From Armatimonadota bacterium (GTDB lineage Bacteria > Armatimonadota > SYMT01), in NCBI GenBank assembly GCA_046292385.1, contig JBKBRF010000040.1, positions 1 to 62,940 of the forward strand: 62,940 nucleotides of DNA, written 5' to 3'. The notes beneath the pieces were generated by a model. That model did not search any database, was not told the DNA's origin, and saw nothing but the letters and a program-made list of their open reading frames with translations. Both the position numbers and the translations under genes were made by a program. This document shows, one piece after another, positions 39,113-48,249 of the stretch (its first letter is position 1; every line of letters starts with the position of its first letter).

Positions 39113-39637
39113 ATGAAACCGAGACTCCTCGTCCCCATGGCTGCCGCCCTGCTGTCTCTGGCCGCAGCCTCCACTGTCGTCGGCGCCGCCGCGGAAAAGG
39201 GCAAGTGCGCCGTCTCCGGTAAGGAGATCGAGATCACCGAGAAGACCCCGCGGAGCAGTATCCAGGGGAAGGCGGTCTACTTCTGCTGTGAGAACTGCCC
39301 CAAGGCGTTCGCCAAGACCCCGGAGAAGTTCGTCAAAGGTGATCTCGGCAAGTGCCCGGTGCAGAACAGCGACATCGAGGCGGCCGACGCCGGTCTGCGC
39401 CGCGTGATCAACAACGGCGTCTGGTATGTCTGCTGCCCCGGCTGCGCGGACGGCCTCGCCAACTCCCCGGCGGTGTTGAAGTCGCTGAACGACGTCGTCT
39501 CCAACAAGACGTTCACGGCGACCGCCAGCAGCCCGAAGATGGAGTACAAGGGCCAGCTCTACCTGTTCCAGAACGCCGAGACGAAGTCCCAGTTCGAGAA
39601 GGATCCGGCGAAGTACGCCCTGGTCTTCACGAAGTAA
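39113..39637 (+). CDS. Secreted YHS-domain protein
   Basis: Signal peptide; GKAVYFCCENC..F...PEKF; EYKGQLYLF.....K.QF..DPAKY. Confidence 0.8.
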   Translation: MKPRLLVPMAAALLSLAAASTVVGAAAEKGKCAVSGKEIEITEKTPRSSIQGKAVYFCCENCPKAFAKTPEKFVKGDLGKCPVQNSDIEAADAGLRRVINNGVWYVCCPGCADGLANSPAVLKSLNDVVSNKTFTATASSPKMEYKGQLYLFQNAETKSQFEKDPAKYALVFTK

Positions 39638-39655
39638 GTCTCTCCTGACGTGCCG

Positions 39656-39685
39656 GAGGGGGAGCAGCTTCGGCTGCTCCCCCTC
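39656..39685. terminator. Strong hairpin after the YHS gene
   Basis: GAGGGGGAGCAGC-TTCG-GCTGCTCCCCCTC; no clear U tract. Confidence 0.55.
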
Positions 39686-39769
39686 TGCGCGTTCAACGGG
39701 GCGCGCAGCGCTAGCCGCTCCTCACGCGCGCCTCGGTGTTCCTCCCGAAGAGCCGCGTCGAGAACGTCC

Positions 39770-40015
39770 TCCCGACCCCGCGCCCTAGTCGGCCGCTCCA
39801 GCCCTCCCGCGATGAAGTGCCCTCCGCGGCCTTTTCACGCTCCGGCTTCGCCTCCGCTAGCAGGCCGCTCCGGGAGTGCGCTCCGTTTAGCTCTTCCCGC
39901 GCCGCAAACGGGATCTCACCATTCGCTCGGTTCACGGGCTGAATCGCCCGCCGTCGAGCGACGACCCCTGCGCCCAGGGGTCGTCACAAGGGGCGTCCAT
40001 GGGACGCCGCAGGTT
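39770..40015. repeat. Structured dispersed repeat, copy 8
   Basis: Core motifs GCCCTCCCGCG, TTTCACGC, GCTAGC, TTCACGGGC, TCGAGCG, CACAAGG; long helix partly degenerate (39790-39804 / 39936-39950). Confidence 0.8.
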
Positions 40016-40054
40016 TCTGGCTTAACGCCGCCGTGCGCCTGCAGCCGCCTGGTG

Positions 40055-40276
40055 TCAGACTTTCTCCGTCTCGTGGACGCGGTGGGCGTAGAAGCCCTTG
40101 ATCAAGTCGTCCTGCTCGTCCGGCCGCAGCCCCTCCAGCTTCGTCTCCAGCTCCAGCGCGTCTTCCTCGTCCAGGGTGAGCTGGAGCGGCCGGCGCGCCT
40201 CGGAGATCGGGCCTTCGATCATGCCGGCGCCGTCCGGATCGGTCGTGAACCGCCACAGTAGTCCGTAGGTTGCCAT
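40055..40276 (-). CDS. Small hypothetical acidic protein
   Basis: GGAGG RBS before ATG 40276; natural-looking composition. Confidence 0.65.
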   Translation of the reverse strand: MATYGLLWRFTTDPDGAGMIEGPISEARRPLQLTLDEEDALELETKLEGLRPDEQDDLIKGFYAHRVHETEKV

Positions 40277-40420
40277 ACGAGTTACCTCCCTGCGGGGAAT
40301 CATCCCCGGCCAGAGGCGCGGCCACACCAGGACCCCTCGGCCGGACCACTCATCACCGGTCCATTGCAGCGGTGCGGGCTATCCTAACGATGGCGTCCAG
40401 GTTCTCCGAGGATTCTCTTC

Positions 40421-41041
40421 ATGCGTACTCCTGCCTCCCTCGCTTTGATCCCGCTCGTCGCGGCGGCCCTCGTTGGAGCCGCCCCGGCGCAGCACCACAA
40501 GCCCCACGGCCACGGTGCGCACGCCGACCGCCCCGCGAAGGCGCCGCAGGTGAAGGTGGGGCAGCGGGTCCCGGATTTTACCGTGACCGACCTCTCCGGC
40601 GCGAAGCTCAAGCTGAGCGAGCTGCAGAAGAAGTCGCCCACCGGAGTCGTAAGCCTCACTTACTGGTGCTCGTTCTGCCACAGCTGCCGCGGGGTGGAGA
40701 AGCAGCTGGACCAGTTTGCCGGACAGCAGCGAGAGCAGGCGGCGGTGGTGCTGATCGACGCCAGCGCGGGGGAGACCCCGGAGCGCGTCTCCGCCTTCGC
40801 GGAGAAGACCGGTCTCACGCTGCCGATCCTGCTCGACGGCGGCGGCAAGACGGTCGACCTCTTCGGCGTCCACGCCACGACCACCACCCTGGTGATCGAC
40901 GCGAAGCGCGTCCTCCGCTACCGGGGCCAGTTCCGGCGGGAGCAGGAAGAGCCGGCGGCCGCCGCGCTGGAGGCGGTGCTGGGCGGGAAGGAAGTGCCGC
41001 TGAAGGAGACGCCTCAGCGCGGCTGACCGATCCCGCGCTAG
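40421..41041 (+). CDS. Redoxin (AhpC/TSA-like) protein, probably ending in a selenocysteine motif
   Basis: VGQRVPDF, CSFCHSC, LRYRGQF; ETPQRG-TGA-PIPR-TAG. Ends at 41026 if the TGA is a stop. Confidence 0.8.
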
Positions 41042-41075
41042 CTCCCGTGCGGAGTTCCTGAACCTGCGGCGATGT

Positions 41076-41127
41076 CCGGGCGGTTGAAACCGCGGCAACT
41101 ACAGCACGAAGTCCCCCTTCGGGGACT
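41076..41127. repeat. REP-like element, GGGCGGTTGAAACCGCGGC family, copy 3
   Basis: CCGGGCGGTTGAAACCGCGGCAACTACAGCACGAAGTCCCCCTTCGGGGACT. Confidence 0.8.
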
Positions 41128-41428
41128 GAGCAGGGCCGAGTTCGGGCGTCCGGAGGACGCTTGGCCGCAGGCCGTCCAGCGAGGTATTTCAATGCCTCGC
41201 TGGCCCTCGCGTTCTGCCCGCTACCGGAAATAGACACCTCGTCACCCGCCTGCGTATCCCGTTCCAGGACGGCTGCCGAGACTCTTCACTTCGTTCAGAG
41301 TGACTGGGTCGGGTTGCTGGCAAAATTCCCGGGTGGCCTCTACCGCTTCGGTGACGCATCCTGAGCACGCAAGGCCTGCCCCTGACCACGGGCAGGCTTT
41401 GGTTGCATTTCGTTCCCCAGCCTCGCGT

Positions 41429-42781
41429 TTACAGCTCGCTGAGCTGCTCCAGCTTGCCGGTGCTGTCGCCGATCCGGTCGGCGCGGACGCCGGCGCGCTC
41501 CAGCATCGTGAGGTAGAGGTTGGTGATCGGCGTGCCCTCTTTGTAGACCAGGTGCCGTCCCGGCTGGATACTGCCGCCGCCGCGGCCGGCGAGCAGGATC
41601 GGGAGCTGTTCGTGGGTGTGGCGGTTGCCGTCGCCGAGGCCGCTGCCGTAGAGCACCAGGGAGTGGTCGAGGAGGGTGCCGTCGCCGTCCGGGGTCGACT
41701 TCAGCCGGTCGAGGAAGTAGGCGAAAAGCTCCGTGTGGAGGCAGTTGATCTTCGTCACCTTCTCGATCCACTCCGGGATGTTCCGGTGGTGGGTGAGCGG
41801 GTGGTGCGGGTCCGGCACGCCGATCTCCGGGTAGACGCGGAGGCTGCCCTCGCGGCCGACCATCAGCGTGGAGACGCGGGTGGTGTCGGTCTGGAAGGCG
41901 ACCACCTGCAGGTCGTACATCAGCTTCAGGTAGTCGACGAACGCGATCGGGATGCCGGCCGGCTTCTCCAGGCCCGGGTTGATCTCCCGGTCGTCCTGCT
42001 CCGCCGCGGCGATCCGCTTCTCGATCTCGCGCACCGCCGTGAGGTACTCGTCGATCTTGCGGCGGTCGGCCGGCCCGAGCTTGCCGACCAGCTTCGAGGT
42101 GTCGTCCTGCACCAGGTCGAGGATGCTCTGGCGGTACTTCGCGCGGCGGGCTCGGGTCTCCGGGTCGAGATTGGGATCGACCGTCCCGAAGAGCCGCTCG
42201 AAGACGAGCCGCGGGTTCATCTCCGGGGGCATCGGGGTGGTCGGCGTGCGCCAGGAGATGCTGTTGGTGTAGGCGCAGCTATAGCCGGAGTCGCAGTTGC
42301 CGACGGTGCGCGCGTCTTCGCAGCCGAGCTCGATGGAGGGGAGCCGGGTCTGCGCGCCGAGCAGCTGCGCGGCGACCTGGTCCGCGGAGATCCCCGCCTG
42401 GATGTCGGCGCCGGCGGTCTTCTTGCAGTGGACCCCGGAGAGGAACGAGGCGCCCGCGCGGGCGTGGTCGCCCGGTCCGTCGCCCAGCGCGTTGCCGTTG
42501 TGGTCGTTCAGGCCGGAGAGGACCGAGAGCTCGCTCTGGAGGCCGGCGAGCGGCTTGAGGATGCGCGGCAGGTCGTAGCCTTTGCCGACCTTCTCGGGGG
42601 TCCAGTCCTCCATGATGATGCCGTTCGGCACGTAGACGAAGGCGAGGCGCACCGGCGCCTGGCGCGCGGGCGCGGCCGCCAGGGCCGGCGCCATGGCGTC
42701 GAGCATCGGCAGCGCGACGGCGGCGCCCATCCCGCGCAGCACCGTGCGCCGGGAGAGCCGCTTGCGGGTGACGAATCTCAT
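41429..42781 (-). CDS. DUF1552 domain protein
   Basis: LSRRTVLRG.G..VALP.LDAM, YVPNG, CDSGYSCAY..SISW, GTLLDHS. Confidence 0.92.
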   Translation of the reverse strand: MRFVTRKRLSRRTVLRGMGAAVALPMLDAMAPALAAAPARQAPVRLAFVYVPNGIIMEDWTPEKVGKGYDLPRILKPLAGLQSELSVLSGLNDHNGNALGDGPGDHARAGASFLSGVHCKKTAGADIQAGISADQVAAQLLGAQTRLPSIELGCEDARTVGNCDSGYSCAYTNSISWRTPTTPMPPEMNPRLVFERLFGTVDPNLDPETRARRAKYRQSILDLVQDDTSKLVGKLGPADRRKIDEYLTAVREIEKRIAAAEQDDREINPGLEKPAGIPIAFVDYLKLMYDLQVVAFQTDTTRVSTLMVGREGSLRVYPEIGVPDPHHPLTHHRNIPEWIEKVTKINCLHTELFAYFLDRLKSTPDGDGTLLDHSLVLYGSGLGDGNRHTHEQLPILLAGRGGGSIQPGRHLVYKEGTPITNLYLTMLERAGVRADRIGDSTGKLEQLSEL

Positions 42782-45345
42782 CTCGCTCCACCTCCCTGGG
42801 CTTGCGCCCTCTGCTCTCGATCTTCTCGCTCACTCTTCACGCTGTCGAGCGTCATCTGGAACGGCAGGCTGCGCGCGATCTCCAGCACCAGCGCGGAGAA
42901 CCGGTAGTCCCGCTCCGGCAGGCGCGCCGCGATAGCGCGGACCGTCCGCTGGTCGTACCGCTCCAGGCCCCGTCCCAGGGCGTAGGTCAGCAGCTTCTCG
43001 GAGAGTCCGCGGGCGAACGCGTCGCGGTCTTCCATCAGCACCTTCTTCAGCTCCGCCGCGCCCTGGAACTCCCGCCCGTCCGGCAGCTTGCCGGAGGAGT
43101 CGACCGGGAACTTGCCGTCCTTCTCCCGCCAGGCGCCGATCGCGTTGAAGTTCTCCAGCGCGAAGCCGAGCGGGTCCATCCGGCTGTGGCAGGAGGCGCA
43201 GGTGGGGTTGGTGCGGTGCACCTCCAGCTGCTCCCGGAGGGAGGCCTCCTCGCCCAGCTTCGCCTCGTCCAGCGCCGGCACGCCGGGCGGCGGCGGGGGC
43301 GGCGGCGCGTTCAGGATATTCTCCAGGATCCACCGCCCGCGCAGCACCGGCGAGGTGCGGGTGGAGTAGGAGGAGACGGTCAGCACGCTCGCGTGGGTCA
43401 GCACGCCGCCGCGCGGCGAATCGGCCAGCTCCACGCGGCGGAACTGCGGCCCGCGCACGCCGTCGATCCCGTAGAACCGGGCCAGCCGCTCGTTCAGGAA
43501 GGTGTAGTCGGCGTCGAGCAGCTCCAGGATGCTTCCGTCCTTCCGCACCAGCTCTTCCAGGAAGAGCTCCGTCTCCCGCCGGGCCGAGAGCTTCAGGTAG
43601 TCGTCCCACTCGGGGAACCGCTCCGGGTCCGGCTTCGCTGATTCCAGCTTCCGCAGCTCCAGCCACTGCCCGCCGAAGTTCTCCACCAGCGCGCGGGAGC
43701 GGGGGTCGCGCAGCATCCGGCGCACCTGCGCCTCCAGCACCTGCGGCTTGCGGAGCAGCCCGGCGTCGGCGCAGCGCAGCAGCGTGTCGTCCGGCATGCT
43801 GCTCCAGACGAAGTAGGAGAGGCGGCTCGCCAGCTCGTGCTGCCCCACTGGCCGCGGCTCGGCGGTGCCCTCGGGTCCGTGATCCCGCTCGATCCGGAAG
43901 AGGAAGTGCGGCGAGACGAGGAGGCCCTGGATCGCCACGCAGAGCCCTTCCTCGAACGAGTCGCCCTGCTCCCGCGCCATGCGGGCCAGCCCCAGGTACC
44001 GCTCCAGCTCCGCCTCGGCGACCGGCCGCCGGAACGCGCGCCGGGCCAGGCTCCGCAGGATCGTGCGGTCGCAGCCTTCCGCGTGCTTGCCGTCCAGGTG
44101 CCCGCAGGCGTAGAGCTTCAGGCGACTCTCCAGCGAGGGGCCGGTCTCCTGCTGGTAGGGGCCGGAGATCTCTACCAGCCGGATGCGCGTGGCGTTGGTC
44201 GGGACTCGCGGCGGCGTCCGGTCGCGCTGCCGCGCCAGGAACCGCTCCCGCCGCTGCCGAAACTCCTCGATCTGCTCCGGCGTGGCGTTGGGCGGCGGCT
44301 CGAAGAACCGGGCGGGCGGCATCGGCGGCGGCGGCTCGGGCCGCTTCGACGGGTTCGGGCCGCCATAGCGCGCCGGCAGCCCCTCGAAGTTGCGCAGCAC
44401 CGTGATCGCCACCCAGCGCTCTCCCGTCCGCGCCCGCACGCGGAAGTCGGTCGACTGCCCCGCCAGGTCCTGCCGATCGATGGCGAACGAGGCCTTGCCC
44501 TCGGGGTCGTAGGTCGTCTCCGAGACCCGCTGGCCGTCGAGCCAGAGCGCCAGGTGGAGCGGCTCGGAGCCGGAGGGCCGCTCGCCGCTCAGCGCGACCC
44601 GGAAGGTGTACTCGCCGTCGACCGGAAAGCGGTGGGTCACGTGCAGCGCGTTTGGCAGCGTGAGGCCGGTCTCGTCGTACTCCTTCGGGATGTCGGAGTT
44701 GTACTGGTACTCCCGGAACGGCGGCTGGTGGCGGACCAGCGTCGGCTTCATCGTCTCCGGTCCGAACACGGCGGTCCGGGCCACCTTCTCCGCGGCGGCG
44801 AGGTACTTCTCCATCAAGACCGGCGAGAGGGAGAGCACGTCCCCGATGTTGTCGAAGCCGTAGCCGGAGTCGTCTTGCGGGAAGTCGTCGGCCGGGCGGA
44901 ACTCGACCCCCAGCAGGTCCCGCACCGTGTTGTTGTACTCCGCGCGGTTGAGCCGCCGCGCGGTGACACGGCCGGGATTCGGCGGAGCCTCCCGCTCCGC
45001 GCGGGCGAACTCGCCCTCGACCCACCCGGTTACCACCTTGATCTCCGCGGCGGAGGGCTGCGGTGCGCCTTTCGGCGGCATCTCCCGGGTCTGCAGCTTC
45101 TGCAGCACCTTCTCCCAGGTGTGCGGATCGGCCAGCACCTGCCTCGGCGTGCGGAATGCCTCCAGGTTCACGTCCGCCGTCTTCGCCGCCTCGCTGTGAC
45201 AGGAGGTGCAGTACTTCGCCACGAACGGTCGGACGGTCTTCTCAAACGCCGGAGAAGCGGCCGGACGCGCGCTTCCCTCCACCGCCAGGCAGGCGAGGGG
45301 CCAGGCGACACAGGTTAACGGGACCAGGGCCAGCAGCGGGCGCAT
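42778..45345 (-). CDS. DUF1592/DUF1588/DUF1587-family cytochrome c-type protein
   Basis: CTSCH and CASCH, RRLNRAEYNNTVRDL, LASRLSYFVWSSMPD, TSPVLRG.WIL. Confidence 0.92.
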   Translation of the reverse strand: MRPLLALVPLTCVAWPLACLAVEGSARPAASPAFEKTVRPFVAKYCTSCHSEAAKTADVNLEAFRTPRQVLADPHTWEKVLQKLQTREMPPKGAPQPSAAEIKVVTGWVEGEFARAEREAPPNPGRVTARRLNRAEYNNTVRDLLGVEFRPADDFPQDDSGYGFDNIGDVLSLSPVLMEKYLAAAEKVARTAVFGPETMKPTLVRHQPPFREYQYNSDIPKEYDETGLTLPNALHVTHRFPVDGEYTFRVALSGERPSGSEPLHLALWLDGQRVSETTYDPEGKASFAIDRQDLAGQSTDFRVRARTGERWVAITVLRNFEGLPARYGGPNPSKRPEPPPPMPPARFFEPPPNATPEQIEEFRQRRERFLARQRDRTPPRVPTNATRIRLVEISGPYQQETGPSLESRLKLYACGHLDGKHAEGCDRTILRSLARRAFRRPVAEAELERYLGLARMAREQGDSFEEGLCVAIQGLLVSPHFLFRIERDHGPEGTAEPRPVGQHELASRLSYFVWSSMPDDTLLRCADAGLLRKPQVLEAQVRRMLRDPRSRALVENFGGQWLELRKLESAKPDPERFPEWDDYLKLSARRETELFLEELVRKDGSILELLDADYTFLNERLARFYGIDGVRGPQFRRVELADSPRGGVLTHASVLTVSSYSTRTSPVLRGRWILENILNAPPPPPPPGVPALDEAKLGEEASLREQLEVHRTNPTCASCHSRMDPLGFALENFNAIGAWREKDGKFPVDSSGKLPDGREFQGAAELKKVLMEDRDAFARGLSEKLLTYALGRGLERYDQRTVRAIAARLPERDYRFSALVLEIARSLPFQMTLDSVKSEREDREQRAQAQGGGAR

Positions 45346-45620
45346 GCGGCCTCCTCGGATAGACGACGCGCGACGGGCGGAGCGCGGGCGATCGGCAGCC
45401 GAGAGCACGGTTGAGCTAGCCTACCCACAATCCGCGAGATTTCCACTCTCTTATCCGAGATGGGGGAGTGGGGGTCCTTCCCAATCCCCGAATTTGATCT
45501 CCTACTCGTTCTCGTTCTCCTACTCAAAGGCCATTCGAGCAAGGAGACAGAAACTCCCGCCGCGAGCCGGTCCCATCGGATCGGCGTCAGCCCAGCGTGA
45601 GCACGACTCCGCCCCCGATG

Positions 45621-45779
45621 GTCATCCTGAACGCAGTGAAGGATCTACGTTACTCGGCTCTCCGGGGGAACGATGAGCCCCGTCGTTCGGGAGCGCCTCG
45701 CCAGGCCGCGTCCTCGTCACCCCGGTGCGTACTCCGGACCAACACGGCTGCCGAGATTCTTCACTGCGTTCAGAATGAC
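45621..45779. repeat. Miniature inverted-repeat element with 26-bp terminal IRs
   Basis: GTCATCCTGAACGCAGTGAAGGATCT / AGATTCTTCACTGCGTTCAGAATGAC; a related right end lies at about 41269-41304. Confidence 0.75.
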
Positions 45780-45931
45780 AAATTCGGTGAAAGGTGCCTG
45801 GATCGCAGGGGAGGACGGTGATCGATGGGGACCATCCCGTTTCTTCGGGCGGTGGTCGGCCCTCGGCCGTGCCTGCGGCTCGGGACGACTGGAGTGGAGG
45901 AGGGTAGGGCCGCTCCTCCTCACCGGCAGAG

Positions 45932-47107
45932 CTATCGCCGCAGCTGATCCATCGCCGGCATCTCTCCCAGGGTCACCGTCCACGTCTTCGCCGCGTCACC
46001 GCGGAAGCCTTTCAGTGTGACACGGTCGCCGGGGCGCAGGGCGGTGATGGCGGAGCGCACGTCTTCCGGGGTCTCGATGCGCTGGTCCTGCACGTGGGTG
46101 ATCAGGTCGCCCAGCTCCAGTCCGGCGGCGGCCGCGGGGGCGCCCTGCAGCACCTCCATGATGACGATGCCGTTCGTGTCGGCGCGAGTGATGCCCATCT
46201 GCACCGCCTGTTCCCGCGGGAGCTCGGCGGTGGCGACCATCGAGATACCGAGCCACGGACGGATGACGCGGCCGTGCTGCAGCAGGTCTTCCACGCTCCG
46301 CTTGATCCGGTTGGCGGCGACGGCGAAGCCGATCCCCTGTGCCTGGGAGAGGATGGCGGTGTTCATCCCGATCACGCGGCCGTAAGCGTCGAGCAGCGGG
46401 CCGCCGCTGTTTCCGGGGTTGATGGCGGCGTCGGTCTGGATCAGGTCCTCCAGCGGGATGCCCTGCATCCGGCCCTCCGGGAGCCGCCGCCCGATGGCGC
46501 TCAGCACGCCCTGGGTGACGGTGTTCGCCAGCCCCAGCGGGTTGCCGATCGCCACCGTCACCTGCCCGATCTCGAGCTGGTCCGAGTCGCCGAACTGGAT
46601 CTCCGGCAGGGTGCCGTTGCCGTCGAGACGGAGCAGGGCGATGTCGCCGATCGGGTCGGTGCCGACCACCGTGGCGCCGAAGGTGCGCTTGTCGCCGAGG
46701 GTCACGCGGATCCGCTGCGCGTTTTCCACCACGTGGTTGTTGGAGACCGCCAGCCGTTCCCGGCCGTTGATGATGAAGCCGGAGCCCTGCCCCTCACGGA
46801 GGGCGTCGCCGCCGAAGCCGGGAAAGCCGCGGTTGCCGACGCGAGAGAGCGTGTCAATGCTGATGACGGCGGGGCCGACCTTCTTGACGACCTGCACCAC
46901 CGTCTCGCCGAGCGCCACCGGCTGGCCGCGGTCCACCACCTCGCGGTAGGGCTGCAGCGGCGCCCGGCGCACGCCGGGGATGGGGAGGGCGGCCGCGCCC
47001 TGGTACGCGGCGACGCCGCCGATCGCCCCGCCCACCACGGCGCCCAGGATGCCGATCACCACGTAACCCAGCGCGCGTCCCGGCCTGCCGCTTCTCCGTC
47101 GTTCCAT
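45932..47107 (-). CDS. HtrA/DegP-family serine protease with PDZ domain
   Basis: GSGFII, NNHVV, IQTDAAINPGNSGGPL; N-terminal TM helix; PDZ domain. Confidence 0.93.
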   Translation of the reverse strand: MERRRSGRPGRALGYVVIGILGAVVGGAIGGVAAYQGAAALPIPGVRRAPLQPYREVVDRGQPVALGETVVQVVKKVGPAVISIDTLSRVGNRGFPGFGGDALREGQGSGFIINGRERLAVSNNHVVENAQRIRVTLGDKRTFGATVVGTDPIGDIALLRLDGNGTLPEIQFGDSDQLEIGQVTVAIGNPLGLANTVTQGVLSAIGRRLPEGRMQGIPLEDLIQTDAAINPGNSGGPLLDAYGRVIGMNTAILSQAQGIGFAVAANRIKRSVEDLLQHGRVIRPWLGISMVATAELPREQAVQMGITRADTNGIVIMEVLQGAPAAAAGLELGDLITHVQDQRIETPEDVRSAITALRPGDRVTLKGFRGDAAKTWTVTLGEMPAMDQLRR

Positions 47108-47183
47108 GCTCTCTCCGGCCTCGAAGTGGAGGTAACCTGTGATCCGTGCTACCTGAGTATACGGAGCTGAGGCGGTCGCGGGT

Positions 47184-48161
47184 TCACGCGCCTGGCTGTG
47201 CGGCGAGGAACGCCGCGACGGCTTCTCGCGTGGGCAGGGCCGGGATGGCGCCCTTGCGGGTGCAGGCGAGCGCGCCCACCGCGTTGGCGAGCCGCCCGAT
47301 CTCTCGCACCGTCTCCGCATCCAGCTCCGGAAGCGCCGCGGCTCCGCCCCTCCGGAGCAGGCCGGCGAGGAGCCCGGCGACGAAGCCGTCGCCGGCGCCG
47401 GTGGAGTCGACCGCTGTCACGGCGAACCCCGGCACCTCTGCGCGAGCCGTCCGCGTGGCCAGCACGCTCCCCGCGCTCCCGCGGGTGATCGCCGCCAGGC
47501 GGGGTCCGGCCTCCAGCAGCCGGTCGAGGTGCGCGTCCACGGGGGCCGGGCCGAAGAGGAACTCCGCTTCCTCCTCGCTCACCTTCACCACGTCGGCCGG
47601 CGGCAGGGCGGCCAGGATCTCGCGGCGGGCGGCCTTCAGGTCGGGCCAGAGCGGCGCGCGCAGGTTCGGATCGTAGCTGATCAGCGCGCCTCGCTCCCGC
47701 GCGCGGCGCAGCGTCTCCAGCGTGGCGGAGCGGCTCGGCTCCTGGATCAGGGAGATCGAGCCGTAGTGGTACGCCCGGCATCCTTCCAGCGCCGCGTCCG
47801 GCACCTCCTCGGCGCGGTAGAGCATGTCGGCGCTCGGGTTGCGGAAGAAGACGAAGTCCCGCTCGCCGCTGGCCAGCAGGGAGACGAAGGCGAGGCCGGT
47901 GCGGTGCTCCGGGTCGAACTGCATGAACCGGGTGTCGACCCCCGCCTCCGCATAGGAGCGCGCGAGGAAGCGGCCGAACGGATCGTTTCCTACCTTGCCG
48001 AGAAAGGCGGTGTCGATCCCCAGCCGCGCCAGACCGGCCGCCACGTTGGCGGGAGCGCCGCCCGGCGCCTTGCGGAAGCCGGGGCAGTCGATCAGCGACA
48101 CGTCCGCGGCATCCGCCACGAAGTCGGTCAGCGCCTCTCCCAGGCAGACGGCAGTCGGCAT
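47184..48161 (-). CDS. PfkB family carbohydrate kinase (fructokinase-like)
   Basis: PGGAPANVA, YDPNLR..LW, DSTGAGDGF. Confidence 0.93.
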   Translation of the reverse strand: MPTAVCLGEALTDFVADAADVSLIDCPGFRKAPGGAPANVAAGLARLGIDTAFLGKVGNDPFGRFLARSYAEAGVDTRFMQFDPEHRTGLAFVSLLASGERDFVFFRNPSADMLYRAEEVPDAALEGCRAYHYGSISLIQEPSRSATLETLRRARERGALISYDPNLRAPLWPDLKAARREILAALPPADVVKVSEEEAEFLFGPAPVDAHLDRLLEAGPRLAAITRGSAGSVLATRTARAEVPGFAVTAVDSTGAGDGFVAGLLAGLLRRGGAAALPELDAETVREIGRLANAVGALACTRKGAIPALPTREAVAAFLAAQPGA

Positions 48162-48249
48162 CGAGACAGCCCTCCGGACCAACCGGACCTATGCGGAGGG
48201 CCGGGGGCGAACCCCCGGCCCCTGGACCCTGAACCCTAGACCCTGGATG

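Noticed and set aside
13661..40015. Group II intron fragments or integron attC sites as the identity of the structured repeat
   Set aside because: I saw no domain V consensus and no RYYYAAC/GTTRRRY core-site pair, and no RT or integron integrase is in the window
13628..40261. Short ORFs overlapping the structured repeats (e.g. 13628-13993, 20569-20835, 39650-40261)
   Set aside because: Frames, starts and stops are not conserved between copies; conservation follows base pairing, not codons
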